From NCBI RefSeq assembly GCF_006345805.1, contig NC_043012.1, positions 55,552,001 through 55,616,000 on the forward strand: a stretch of DNA of 64,000 nt, in the 5' to 3' direction. This DNA comes from Octopus sinensis (lineage: Eukaryota). Positions 27,615 to 40,222 of this stretch are shown in pieces. The translations under genes and the position numbers were made by a program. Numbering within the stretch: position 1 is the first letter of the stretch; the number at the start of each line of letters is the position of its first letter. The notes below the pieces were generated by a model. The model was given only the letters and a program-made list of their open reading frames with translations. It ran no database searches and was not told the DNA's origin.

Positions 27615-27968
27615 CATTTTTAGAGAGTTACTTCCCTTATATAATAGCAAAAAATGCATTAAAAATGGAAAAAAATGATGGTAAATTATTTTTTAAATCG
27701 TAGACTCATCGTAGACATTTTTTGAGAGTTACTTCCCTTATATAATAGCAAAAAAATGCATTAAAAATAGAAAAAAATGATGGTAAATGTTTTTTTAAAA
27801 TCGTAGACTCATTGTAGATGCGCGCTAATACCCAGAAGGGCTCGATATGAATCACGACTATAAGATACCCGCTTTTGGTTAAACTGCACCGCAAAATGTG
27901 GGAGTAGTTAGGAATCTAAATCGTAGGAGACAGACGCCACACAACTTCAGTTTTATATATATAGATAT
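27615..27968 (-). mobile_element. Helitron-like non-autonomous element with an internal ~100 bp tandem duplication
   Basis: The minus strand starts tctatatatataaaactgaagttgtgtggcgtctgtc, resembling Helitron 5' ends; about 27615-27715 is repeated at about 27716-27815; no CTAG 3' end found. Confidence 0.45.
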
Positions 27969-28376
27969 GTGTGTGTGTGTGTGTGTTTGTGTGTCTGTGT
28001 TTGTCCCCCCCAACATCGCTTGACAACTGATGCTGGTGTGTTTACGTCCCCATAACTTAGCGGTTTGGCAAAAGAGACTGATTGAATAAGTACTAGGCTT
28101 ACAAAGAATAAGTCCTGGGGTCGAGTTGCTCGACTAAAGGCGGTGCTCCAGCATGGCCGCAGTCAAATGACTGAAGCAAGTAAAAGCGAGTAAGAGAGAA
28201 TAGCTATTTAGATTTTAGGTTCAAATCCAGGGCAAGCATTTAGCTGTGTTTTTGGAACAGTACCCATCATGCCACTTCTCATATTTTTAGTACATCAGGA
28301 TGCCAAATGTTGGTCCGTTTGGCATCAAGATGTATCAATTCATATCAAGTATATTTCACATGTTTTACCATTTCAG

Positions 28377-28454
28377 AATAAAACCTGGGCAGTTCCAATA
28401 TTCAGGTACAAAAGACAGACGAGCCAAAACCTCTCAGTTAATAACTGTATTCAG
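28377..28454 (+). CDS. PUS7: PUS7 coding exon 7 with the catalytic Asp (IKPGQFQYSGTKDRRAKTSQLITVFR)
   Basis: tttcag| and AG|gtaaca; GTKD motif with Asp codon GAC at 28414-28416; 78 nt. Confidence 0.97.
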
Positions 28455-29273
28455 GTAACATATTTCTTCTTGACTTTCTCTCATCATCACTTATCATCAT
28501 CATCATCATCATCATTTAGTATCCATTTTCCATGCTGCCATGGGTTGGATGGCTTGACAAGAGGTGGCACGGCCAGGGCCCGCCCATGATTCCATTGTCT
28601 GTTTTGGTTTGATTTCTACAGTTTGGTGCCCTTCTTGATGCCAACCGCTCTATAGAGTGTACGGGATACTTTGTACATGGCACGCCACCAGCACTGGTGC
28701 CTTTTACACGGCACGAGACTGGGTTTGATTATTTTCAACTGGAGTAAAAATCATCTACGTTGTCCAATTGTAGAAGACTTGTACCATTCTCATCGTCCTT
28801 TCCGTCAATCCTTGTGGATAATAAAGAAATTATTACTGAGCTGACAGAAACATTAGCACACAAGGTGAAACGCTTGGCAATATTTCGTCTGTCTTTACGT
28901 TCTAAGTTCAAATTTTGCTGAGGTCAATTTGCCTTTCATCCTTTCGGGGTCGATAAATTAATTACCAGTGAAACACTGGGGTCAATGTAATTGACTTATC
29001 CCCTCCCCCAAAATTGTTTCCCTTGTAGCAAAAATTTGAAACTGTTATTATTGTTAAGACGGTGAGCTGGTAGATTCATTAGCATACCAGGCCAAATGCT
29101 TAGCAGCGTTTCACTCATTGCTATGTTCTGAGTTCAAATTCCACCGAGGTCAACTTTGCCTTTCATCCTTTCGGGGTCGATAAATTAAGTACCAGTGAAA
29201 CACTGGGGTTGATGTAATCGGCTAGTCCCCTCCCCACAAATTTCAGGCCTTGTGCCTTTAGTAGAAAAGATTA

Positions 29274-29325
<52 letters not shown>

Positions 29326-29744
29326 AATGCTAATTTTATTAGCAGGGATCTTATTCTGAGATTTGATGACATGTCTCTTCAAATCTTTCTAAGATTTTTA
29401 CAGAATACTGGATGGCACTTTTCTGCAGATTAACAATGCATATCATAATACCATATTCTTCAAAGGCAGTGAGCTGGCAGAAACGTTAACACGCCAGGTG
29501 AAATGCGTAGCCGTATTTCATCTGCCGTTACGTTCTGGGTTCAAATTCCACCAAAGTTGACTTTGCCTTTCATCCTTTCGGGGTCGATAAATTAAGTACC
29601 TGTTGTGTACTGGGGTCAATCTAATTGACTGGCCCTCTCCCCCTCCCCTCAAATTTTTGGGCTTTGTGCCTAGAGTAGAAAAGAATACCAATATTCTTCA
29701 ACCTCTTTAGTAGTAGTTTATGTGTCTGTTTGTCTCACTCACTC

Positions 29745-29822
<78 letters not shown>

Positions 29823-29919
29823 AATGTACATGTCTGTCTACCTATTTATTTATGTGTTTTATTTTTATGTATTTATTCATTCTGCTCTATTTTCAACCTT
29901 TTTTTTTTTATAAAACTAG

Positions 29920-29985
29920 AACTACAGGAGAACGTCTGTTTGAATTAAATAAGGTTTTGAAAAATATATGCCTTGGTAACTTTAG
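29920..29985 (+). CDS. PUS7: PUS7 coding exon 8 (TTGERLFELNKVLKNICLGNFS)
   Basis: aactag| and AG|gtgaga; RL..LNK.L.N..LGNF motif; 66 nt. Confidence 0.95.
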
Positions 29986-30003
29986 GTGAGACATTATTAT
30001 TAC

Positions 30004-30039
<36 letters not shown>

Positions 30040-30098
30040 CATGATCATTGTTTTGTGACTGAGTTATGGTTATCAATTGTCATATCTAATTGGTATTG

Positions 30099-30136
<38 letters not shown>

Positions 30137-30139
<3 letters not shown>

Positions 30140-31001
30140 GGTGCAGTGAATATATTATCGCCTAAATTACGCAAAAATGAAAATAACACTGACATCTCAT
30201 TTTAACAGATATATTTACCAAGTTTACATGAAAATATCTTGAAATACTAAAGAGTAAATTTATTCAATAAAATTGCCATTGGCTTCAACCACGGCCTCTA
30301 GACAATTTCAGAATCTCCTGCAACTCTTTAGGACAGTCTCTTTGTTTAAGATGGTGAATGCTGCCATAATCCTTGCCTTCAGTTCATTTTCGATGTTACA
30401 AGGAGTTTTCTTGGTCTCCCTCTCAACTGCGCCCCACACATAATAATCAAGGAGGTTGCAGTCTGGGGAGTTAGGTGGCCAGATGTTAGGGGCGATGTGG
30501 TTGCAGAAATTGTCTGATAGCTATGACTGGGTTCTCTTTGTGCAGCACAGAGCAGAGTCCTGTTGCCAGACACAGGGTCTTCTAGCAGACAACCTCTTCA
30601 CCCAGGACAGCACTACTTCCTCCAGGCACTTGATGTAGACCCCCGTGTTGAGTCTGAGGCCATGTGGGAAGATGAATGGAGGCATAACATCGCCATCACT
30701 AGTGATCACTCCAAACACCATGATGTTGACTGGATGTTTGATTTTTATCCCTCTCGGTACATGTTTTGAGGATACAGCAATCCAACGATTGTTCTTTTTG
30801 TATTGGAGTTTCCGGCATGAATACCAAGCAGTATAGCATGTCATTTCCAAATTTCTGGCAGAGTGAATTGCGTCATGGTGCTGTTTATCTCACAGACAGT
30901 GCTCAACTGCCCCTACTATACTGTGTAGTCAACAAAATCAAAAATAAACAATGCACAAAATTAAAAATATAAGATGGCGACGATTTACCCATCGCTGCCT
31001 G
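30137..31001 (-). mobile_element. Tc1/mariner (maT/DD37D-like) deletion derivative with a transposase remnant
   Basis: Imperfect TIRs cagggtgcagtgaatatattatcgcc / ggcgacgatttacccatcgctgcctg inside (TA)n. The minus strand reads ...IMVFGVITSDG...WQQDSALCCTKRTQS*LSDNFCNHIAPNIWPPNSPDCNLLDYYVWGAVE...GNFIE* with two in-frame stops, and 36 residues between the last two Asp in this copy. Confidence 0.88.
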
Positions 31002-31083
31002 TATATATATATATATGTAGATCCCGGGTTGAGTCGGGGTAACCACAGTAAATAAGGTACTCAATACATAGCAGAGTAAATTA

Positions 31084-31212
31084 ATTTATTTTATAGAAGG
31101 AGCTTCTACAGGACTAGAACTGTTTCATTCAAAAGAAATCATCAGGCTTCCTGATGATTTCTTTTGAATGAAACAGTTCTAGTCCTGTAGAAGCTCCTTC
31201 TATAAAATAAAT
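31084..31212. repeat. Perfect inverted repeat, 63 bp arms, 3 nt loop
   Basis: 31084-31146 is the exact reverse complement of 31150-31212. Confidence 0.95.
31146..31194 (+). ncRNA. Type I hammerhead-ribozyme-like motif (PUS7 intron 8)
   Basis: Stem I gcttc/gaagc, core CTGATGA (31151-31157), stem II ttc/gaa with a U-U at the closing position, GAAA, stem III acag/ctgt, cleavage triplet GTA (31187-31189). Confidence 0.6.
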
Positions 31213-31270
31213 ATATATATATATGTATGTGTGTGTATAGATATATATATATATATTATATATATAGGAA

Positions 31271-31471
31271 TAAGAAAATGGAGGGGATCAATAGGTGGTT
31301 CCTCAACTTTTAGACATTATATTATGTTAACTTATTCATTTATTTACTAAACTGATAATTACAATAATATGTATATTATTGTAATTATCAGTTAGTAAAT
31401 AAATGAATAAGTTAACATAATATAATTTCTAAAAGTTGATGAACCACCTATTGATTCCCTCCATTTTCTTA
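31271..31471. repeat. Near-perfect inverted repeat, ~100 bp arms, 2 nt loop
   Basis: 31271-31370 is the reverse complement of 31373-31471 with a few mismatches and indels. Confidence 0.9.
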
Positions 31472-31835
31472 ATGCTCTATAAATTAATGGTAAAATATCT
31501 CTTTACCTTCACCCATTTAGTACACGAGGTAATGTAATTGCAATGCAATAAAAAACACTTATGTATTAATAATTGGGTATTCTACCAGCAGTATATTGGA
31601 TAGATATTATCCCTTAGTTGGTTCGATTCACAACCTCTAACTTTCTTGGAATTATATATATACACATACACACACACATATATATGTATATATATGTGTA
31701 TGTATATATATCACTATCGACGTGCTCCTATATACACGCAATGAATTACACACACCCACACAAACTGCATAGTAACAACCCTATATATTTGAAAAAGATT
31801 AAAGATCAATCTGATTACTATTTCTATTGTTTCAG

Positions 31836-31898
31836 CTATGTTGATGAATGTCTGAAGCTTGGCCAATTGTTGGGAAATAGGTTCATCATTGTCCTCAG
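31836..31898 (+). CDS. PUS7: PUS7 coding exon 9 (YVDECLKLGQLLGNRFIIVLR)
   Basis: tttcag| and AG|gtaacc; LKLG.L.GN.F.IVLR TruD motif; 63 nt. Confidence 0.97.
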
Positions 31899-32659
31899 GT
31901 AACCCTCCTTTTATTCGTTACCTCTGTTGTCCCATTGCCTTTATATTAGGGTACTTTATTTTTGTGATACCACTGGGTACCTATGTCTTATTTGTTGATG
32001 TCCTTCATTCAGTTAAGCCCTTTGCAGTGACAGCATTGTTATTATTATTATTATTATTATTCAATGTATGTTTTCCATACTGTTCACGAGTTGGATGATT
32101 TGACCAGAGCTTGCAAGCAGGAAAGCTGCACCAGGCTCATCTGATTCGGCTTGGTTTCTACAGCTGGATGCCCTCCCTAATGCCAACCACTTTACAGAGT
32201 GTACTGAGTGCTTTTAATGTGGCACTGGCACAAGCACAAGCACTCTTATGCAGTGCTGGCACAAGTGCCTTTCACATGGCACCAAAGCACCCAATACATC
32301 TGTACACACTGTATAGTGGTTGGCATTTGGAAGGACATCCAGATGTAGAAACCCTAATTCCAAAGTAGACATTCGAGCATGATGCACCCCTGTGACTCAC
32401 CAGACGCCCCATCCATGCCCAACATAGAAAGCAGGCATTAGATGATGATAATGATTGTTATCTCCAACGATAAGCTTATTCTTAGTTTACACAACTTGTC
32501 AGAAGTGGGTCACTTCCGGTTTGTATCTGGGATCGAGGTTGCTTTGTTTCCGTACAGACTGGTGGTGTCTTTTATTTCCATCTATATCTCAGAAAACCTC
32601 CTGTCATCCCTGAATGTTCTCTATTTTGGTTATTTCATGTTACTGCAAATATTATTAAC

Positions 32660-33020
32660 CATCTTACTAACAATAACTCTGAGCACCTTTTCAAACTCCA
32701 CCTGTCTCACACAAATGGACATGTTTACAAAGTCAGAAAACAGCACAGCTCCCATGACTTTCGGAAACATTTTTTCACGCTAAGAGTTGCTGAAGTACGG
32801 AACAAACTGCCGGCATCAGTTGTTAGTTGTCGGAGCACTGCATCCTTCAAAACTTCCATGCTTCCTGAGATTCGCCAACACTACACCTGATTTTCTCCCC
32901 TCCATACACATGCAAGCATGTATCTGACTCATACACTGTTCATTTCCCAGACATTTGTACATTATTGCATATTCTTTATACGCACTTTTGACAAGTTGTG
33001 GTGCACCTAGGCACTGTATA
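32660..33020 (+). mobile_element. Second copy of the same CR1-clade 3' end (degraded; boundaries approximate)
   Basis: Near-identical nucleotide stretch caaagtcagaaaacagcacagctcccatgactttcggaaacattttttcacgct. Confidence 0.8.
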
Positions 33021-33339
33021 CCAGTGTGATCAATTTTCTGCTGCTTCTATAATGATGAACTGATAAAGTTTTTTTCTATTGTTGCTGCTTCATGTAGAAA
33101 TCTAGGTGAGCAAAGACAAACAATGGTTTAAATTTTTGGAGCCATTTATTTTCTACTCATACATTACGTCGTGCAGGCATACACTTGCTGTACACTTGCA
33201 TATACATGCAGTACATCTGCATGATGTAACATCACATCACGTGATCACATGACCAACCAGGCTATCAGATGTTGCTACACATAGCTGGTCACAATGCGCT
33301 TCACATTGTTTTAGCCTTCAAATGATGCCACCCCGCTGG

Positions 33340-33544
33340 CTAAGCGAGCAGGCCAACAGAAGAAAGAGCGAGAGAAAGTTGCGGCGAAAGAGTACTGCAG
33401 GGATCGCGACCACCCCCTGCCGGAGCCTTGTGGAGCTTTAGGTGTTTTCACTCAATAAACACTCACAACACCTGGTCTGGGAATCGAAACCGCGATCCTA
33501 CAACCACGAGTCCGCTGCCCTAACCACTGGGCTATTGCGCCTCC
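33340..33544 (-). mobile_element. tRNA-derived SINE family C (head ggaggcgcaatggcccagtggttagggcagcggact), representative copy
   Basis: A-box tggcccagtgg-type and B-box ggtttcgattcc; other copies at about 36306+, 55451+ and 57700+. A related head ggtgcatggcttagtggttagg occurs at about 15735+, 23670+, 42645+, 26980-, 38360- and 47020-. Confidence 0.8.
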
Positions 33545-33710
33545 ACGCATGATGTAACTAAATGGCTTCAAAAATTTAAATCATTGTTCATCTTTGTCAT
33601 CACCATGGTGACTGTGAACCCCGTTTGCCAAATTTCTACATGAAACAGCAACAGTGATGATGACGTTGCCAGAAGTCAACCCATTTTTTCCTGTTCATTA
33701 TTTTCTGCAG

Positions 33711-33836
33711 GAATGTCACTGGAAGTGACCCCAATGTTGAACAAGCTTTGGAATCCCTGAAAGAAAGAGGATTTATAAATTATTACGGAATGCAAAGGTT
33801 TGGCACTACATCCATCCCAACATACCACATTGGTCG
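33711..33836 (+). CDS. PUS7: PUS7 coding exon 10 ([42 protein letters not shown])
   Basis: ttctgcag| and CG|gtcagt; [13 protein letters not shown] motif; 126 nt. Confidence 0.97.
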
Positions 33837-34438
33837 GTCAGTAACCAGTTATCTCTTTTAATCTTTTGTTTTTGTTTGTTTTGTTTGTAAACGTACTTTA
33901 TTATGGTTTAGTATTATACATTAGTTATTTATTTGTATGTAAATAACTTTATTGCTAGTTAGTACAGATGTATTAAATGTCTAATTGTCTGAGAAAAGCT
34001 GTAATTAATGAGTTAATCAGTTTGAGGGACTATTAATTTCATCTATTAGTTATGCCTCTTTGTAACTGTGAAGTACTGCTACTTTATTTCATTCACAAAA
34101 TTTTATCCCTCTTCTTCCAAATTTTGGGCCTTGTACCTAAGTAAGGAACTTGTTGATGTTGTTGTCAAGGTGGTAAGCTAGCAGAATTGTTAGCACACCA
34201 GGCAAAATACTTGGCGGCATTTTGTCTGACTTTATGCTTGTGCATTTATGTAATTAACTGTGTGTATATGAAAGTATGTCTATAGTGATATATATATCAC
34301 CTTCGTGTTGGGGGGTCATCTTTACTTTGTTATCTCCCCTACTTTCCATCTCGTGTGTGACCCTTCTGTCTGAGTCAGAGGCCATGATAGATCGTTAGCC
34401 ATTACACACATTTTTTTCTCTCCTTGTTTTCTGTGTAC

Positions 34439-34474
34439 CTTTCTGTAGAAGAGCGTAGGCTCGAAACGTAAAAG
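34439..34474 (+). ncRNA. Minimal type I hammerhead-like motif with palindromic ACGT stem III (PUS7 intron 10)
   Basis: cttt-CTGtAGA-a-gagc(gtag)gctc-GAAAC-GTA-aaag; core A6 replaced by T at 34446. Confidence 0.6.
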
Positions 34475-35027
34475 ACTTTTTCTATTCCTGAGCGTTATAC
34501 TAATACATCTGTTTGTTTTGTACACCACCTGCCTTCGTCTTTTATTTTTTTTCGTAAACTCTCCCTATATATAAAGACCCCCTCAGGTCATGAATGATCA
34601 TGGGATTGCACCAAGGTTGACTTTGCCTCCCATCCTTTCAGGATAGATATAATAGGTACCAGTTGAGCACTGGGTTTAATGTACTCTCCCTATAAAATTT
34701 CAGGCCTTGTGCCTATTATAGAAAGGATTATTGTTGTTGTTGTTGTTGTCGTCGTTGTCATTATTCTTCTTATTATTATTAAGGTAGCAGGCTGGCAGAA
34801 TCATTAGCACACTGGGCAAAATGCTTAGTGGCATTTCATCCATCTTCACGTTCTGAGTTCAAATTCCACCGAGGTTGACTTTGCCTTTCATCCTTTCGAG
34901 ATTGATAAATTAAGTACCAGTGAAACATTGGGGTCAATATAATTGACTAATCCCCTCCCACAAAATTTCAGGCCTTGTGCCTACAGTAGAAAGGATTATT
35001 ATTATTATTATTATTATTATCATCATT

Positions 35028-35088
<61 letters not shown>

Positions 35089-36685
35089 CATTCTGTGTTC
35101 AAATTCCACCAAAGTTGACTTTTGACTTTCATCCTTTTGGGATCGATAAAATAAATATCAGTCGAGTACTGGAGTCAATGTAATCGTCTTCCCTGTCCCC
35201 CAAAATTGCTGGCCTTGTACCAACATCTGAAACCATTATCATTATTACTACTGTTGAGATGGTGAGCAGGCTGAGTCAGAAAAAATGTCCCTGCTCTATT
35301 TGTTCCAACTCTGTACATTCTGACTTCAGACCCTACCAAAGTGGCTCATATTAGTTTGGCCTCTATCTTTTATCTGTCCATCATAAAAAGCCCTACAAGG
35401 AGCTGGCACTTCATGGGCATAACTTTCAGAGTCATTGAGGGGCACAAGTCATCACACATCCATAAGGACTGAACTTGTATAAATTTGTTTCCTTGCATCA
35501 GTGTCAAAGATCAATATTTGTGGTTCAGTTAGATGCTTACATGTCTGAAAATACTTCTATGTTAGTTGGTATCTGTGACTCAACCTTTTAGCATTTAATC
35601 AGGCCATATCCAGTCCAAATATTCTAACCCCTTTAGGTTCAAATTGGTCAGATCCAGCCTTTCACATCTATGTGAAACCAATGTCATTCTTAAAATAAAC
35701 AATTACATCATCAAAATCTCAAAGCTATGAGATAATACATGATCAACTCAAAAGAATGTGAATAAATATAGGCGTAGGAGTGGCTGTGTGGTAAGTAGCT
35801 TGCTTATGAACCACATGGTTCCGGGTTCAGTTCCACTGTGTGGCACCTTGGGCAACTGTCTTCTACTGTAGCCTCAGGTCAACCAAAGCCTTGTGAGTGG
35901 ATTTGGTAGACGGAAACTGAAAGAAGCCTGTCATATATATGTGTGTATATATATATATGTATTTGTGTGTGTATATGTTTGTGTGTCCATGTTTGTCTCC
36001 TCATCATCGCTTGACAACCGATGCTGGTATGTTTACGTCCCTGTAACTTAGAGACCAATAGAATAAGTACTAGGCTTCCAAAGAATAAGTCCTGGGGTCG
36101 ATTTGCTTGACTAAAGGTAGTGCTCCAGCATGACCACAGTCAAATGACTGAAACAAGTAAAAGAGTAAATACACATTACATTTGAGAGAATAATCTGAAT
36201 GCTAAAGGATTAACGATATATTTTTTTCCTGTGAGAATCTACTATAATGTTTATTACTACCTATTAATTATGTTGCTTTAAATGTTTTGCATATATGTCA
36301 TACATGGAGGTGCAATGGCCCAGTGGTTAGGGCACCGTACTCGTGGTCAGAGGATCGCGGTTTCGATTCCCAGACTGGGCGTTGTGTGTGTTTATTGAGT
36401 GAAAACACCTAAAAGCTCCACAAGGCTCCAGCAGGGGGGTGGGGGTGGTGACCCCTGTTGTACTCTTTCGTCCCAACTTTCTCTCTCTCTTTCTTCCTGT
36501 TTCTTGAGTAACGCTGCGATGGACTGGCATTCCGTTCAGCTGGGTGGGAACACATACGCCATAGAAACCCAGGAAACCGGGCCCAAGAGCCTGGCTAGGC
36601 TTGAAAAGGGCGCATAAATAATAAAATAAAAACATAAATAAAATAATATCTCATACAGTGAAGTATTTTTCGTGGTTGTTTTCAG

Positions 36686-36747
36686 AGCTTTGTTACACAG
36701 CAACTGGAAGGAAGCTGTTGAACTCATCCTAAAACCACGAGATGGAG
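36686..36747 (+). CDS. PUS7: PUS7 coding exon 11 (ALLHSNWKEAVELILKPRDG)
   Basis: tttcag| and G|gtatgt; W.E...LILKPR motif; 62 nt. Confidence 0.95.
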
Positions 36748-37333
36748 GTATGTTTCATTGGTTCTTATTGTTTTTGTTGCTATTTAGCCCTGGGTCAATC
36801 CTGACCCAACAGATCTAAAGAAAAATGCATTTTTATTACAACTGATATCATCATAATCATTATTATTATTATTATTACTTATTATTATCATCATTTCAAG
36901 ATGGTGAGCTGACAGAATTGTTACCACACCATGCGAAATGCTTAGCACCATTTCATCAATCCGCACATTCTGAGTTCAAATCCCGCTGAGGTCGACTTTG
37001 CCTTTCATCCTTTCAGGGTCGATAAATTAAGTACCAGTCACACACTGGGGTCGATGTTATCAACTAGACACCTCCCCCACAATTTCGGGCCTTGTGTCTA
37101 TAGTAGAAAGGATTATTACCACCATTTAATCTCCACTATTCCATGCTTGCATGGGTTTGATGGAATTTGTTAAAGCAGATGTTTTGCAACAGGGTGCCCA
37201 TCCTGTCACCAACCCTCACCTGTTTCCAAGTAAGATGATATTTTCCCACAGCTAGACCTGTTTTTCTTGGAAGACTACAAATGAACAACATTGATTATAT
37301 CATGATAATGCTTGTTTACAATAAGCTTTCGTG

Positions 37334-37754
37334 GGATCTTTTCGGTTTGAATGGCAGTTTTTTCTAGCGGTGTCATATGAAATTGTCACCCATAATTATG
37401 ACCCTAGTATCGATCTATTGCATTTCAATCTGTTTTAGGGTTAGGGTTAGGGGTGGGGGGAAGGGTATCTTTTTTTCTTCAGAAATGTAAATAAACCCAA
37501 TCTGTTTCTTAAACGAGGGACATATTTATATACGGCACAGAATGGTTTTTTAACTCAATAGACATATTTGATTGGTTGAAATTGCAGAAATTGAAGCAAA
37601 AAAACAACAAATATCTTACAAACTATAGAATTTTCACAATAAAGCCAAGAGAAAAAGATGTTTTATAAACACATTCTACCAGTATATGAAGTTTAAAAGT
37701 GTTTAGTTACGTGGAAATTATTTTAAAAAACTCCCGTTCAAACTGAAAAGATCC
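37334..37754 (+). mobile_element. ~420 bp MITE, copy 3 (PUS7 intron 11)
   Basis: Perfect 8 bp TSD ctttcgtg. Confidence 0.92.
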
Positions 37755-39346
37755 CTTTCGTGTGATATCAAGACAAGGGTACACATACACACATTTACAA
37801 TGGGCTGCAGATAATTTCAATATTTGATGGCAAATTGCACAAAACTATACAACCAGAACTCCATCAGTTATGACAACGAGGGTTCCAAGTGATCTGATTA
37901 ACCAGAACAACCTGCTCGTGAAATTAACGTGCAACTGGCTGAGTATTTCACAGACATTCATACTCTTAATGCAGTTTTCAGGGAGATTCAGTGTGACACA
38001 GATTGTGACAAGGCTGGCCCTTTGAAGTACAGGCACTGCTCATTTTTGCCAGCTGAGTGGACTAGAGCAACATGAAATAAAGTGTCTTGCTCAGAGGCGT
38101 AGCTAGGGTGTGGAAAGCAGGGCACATGTGCTGGGTGCCACTTTGAGGGGACACAATTTTGGCCAAGATCATTTTCTAATGAAGCCATTTCTATGAAAGT
38201 TTCCACTTCTTGGTTGGGGAAGGGAATGCAATTTTGATGCCTGTCCTGGGCACCATATACCCTTGCTACAATTCTTGTCTTGCTCAAGGACACTACATGC
38301 TGCCAGAAATTGAACTCACGATCTTACAGTCATAAGCCAAATACCCTAACCACTAAGCCAGGTGCCTCCACAAAACTATATAAGTAGCTTCAATATCTCA
38401 ACATCACTCATTCTAACACCAATATACATTTCCTAAGGGTTCTAGTACTATAAAAGTTCCTTCCTTTCATCATCTTTTACTTGTTTCAGTCATCAGGCTG
38501 TGGCCATGCTGGAGCTTTTTCTTCTTTTTTTTTTAACTAATTAATAGGCACAGGCGTGGCTGTGTGGTAAGTAGCTTGCTTACCAACCACATGGTTCCGG
38601 GTTCAGTCCCACTGCGTGGCACCTTGAGCAAGTGCCTTCTACTATAGCCTTGAGCTGACCAAAGCCTTGTGAGCGAATTTGGTTGACGGAAACTGAAAGA
38701 AGCCCATAATATGTATGTATGTATATATATATAGATATATGTATATATATGTGTGTGTATATGTTTGTGTGTCTGTGTTTGTACCCCCAACATCGCTTGA
38801 CAACCAATGCTGGTGTGTTTATGTCCCCGTAACTTAGTGGTTCGGCATAAGAGACCGATAGAATAAGTCCTGGGGTCAATTTGCTCGACTAAAGGCGGTG
38901 CTCCAGCATGGCCACAGTCAAATGACTGAAGCAAGTAAAAGAGTAATCCCACAATGTAGAACCTTGGGCAAGTGTCTTCTGCTGTAACCTCAAATCAACG
39001 AAAGCCTTGTAAGTGAATTTGTTTGACGGAAACTGAAAGAAGCTCATTGTACGCATGCATGTGTATATGTAATTAGGTATGCATGCATTGTACTCTTCAC
39101 TTGACATCATTTGATGGTTGTAAATGAGCATCACCATCATGCAAGCAGGGTTGTTTGTTTCCAGTTTTCCATGGAGAACATCTGTTAGAAAAACATTAAC
39201 TTACTTGGAAATAAGTGGGGTTTGGTGATAGGAAGGGCATCTTGTGGTTGAAATCTGCCTCAACAAATTCCATCTGACCCATACAAGCATAGAAAAGTGA
39301 ACGTTAAGTGATGATGGTGATGATGATGTTCAATGTAACATTTTTT

Positions 39347-39771
39347 GGATCTTTTCAGTTTGAACAGCAGTTTTTAATATAATTTCTAGGTAACTAAAAA
39401 ATTTTAAACTTTGTATACTGGTAGAATGTGTTTATAAAACACCTTATTCTCTTGGCTTTATTGAAAAAATTCTATAGTTTTTAAGATATTTGTTGTTGTT
39501 TTTTCTTCAATTTCTGCAATTTCAACCAATCACCAATGTCTATTGAGGTAAAAAAACATTCTGTGCCATATGAATATGTCCTTCATTTAAGAAACAAATT
39601 GGATTTATTTACATTTGTGAAGAAAAAAAGATACCCTTCCTCCCACCCCTAACCCCAACCCTAACCCTAAAACAGATTGAAATATAATAGATCGATTCTA
39701 GGGTCATAATTATGGGTGACAATTTCATATGACACTGCTAGAAAAAACTGCCGTTCAAACCGAAAAGATCC
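39347..39771 (-). mobile_element. ~420 bp MITE, copy 4 (PUS7 intron 11, inverted relative to copy 3)
   Basis: Perfect 8 bp TSD catttttt; internal sequence reversed. Confidence 0.92.
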
Positions 39772-40064
39772 CATTTTTTTAATGCAGCATTTGAAAAATA
39801 TCCAAGTCATGGGGGCTTATCTCCCTTAGGTTTCACTCTCATTTTTGTGTTTGAAGCTCAGCTTTAAGGCACATTCATTACAGTACATTCATTACAACAT
39901 ATTCATTGTTTAAAGCTCAGCTTTGAACATCAAACATCTAGACTAACACATTGTAACATCTCTTGACTTTCAAGCCTAAAACAACATTGCATATGAATTT
40001 CTCTGAAAAGATTTTTGTGTATTTGACAATCGTATAGTTTCTTATTTCATTCAAATATTTACAG

Positions 40065-40222
40065 AAAATGATGACATAACAGAAGCAAGGAAGATTTGGT
40101 GGGAAACACGGAATGCAAAAGAAGCGCTTTCGAAAGCACCAAGATGCCACAGACTAGAGAGACTTCTACTGGAAGGATTATCAAGTCAAGGAGGGAACAA
40201 CTATGCAAATGCTTTATTATTT
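40065..40222 (+). CDS. PUS7: PUS7 coding exon 12 (ENDDITEARKIWWETRNAKEALSKAPRCHRLERLLLEGLSSQGGNNYANALLF)
   Basis: ttacag| and TTT|gtaagt; phase 1 in and phase 0 out, consistent with both neighbours; 158 nt. Confidence 0.92.

Noticed and set aside
37438-37455. Interstitial telomere (TTAGGG)n
   Set aside because: Only 2-3 units, at the same position in every MITE copy, so it is part of the element.
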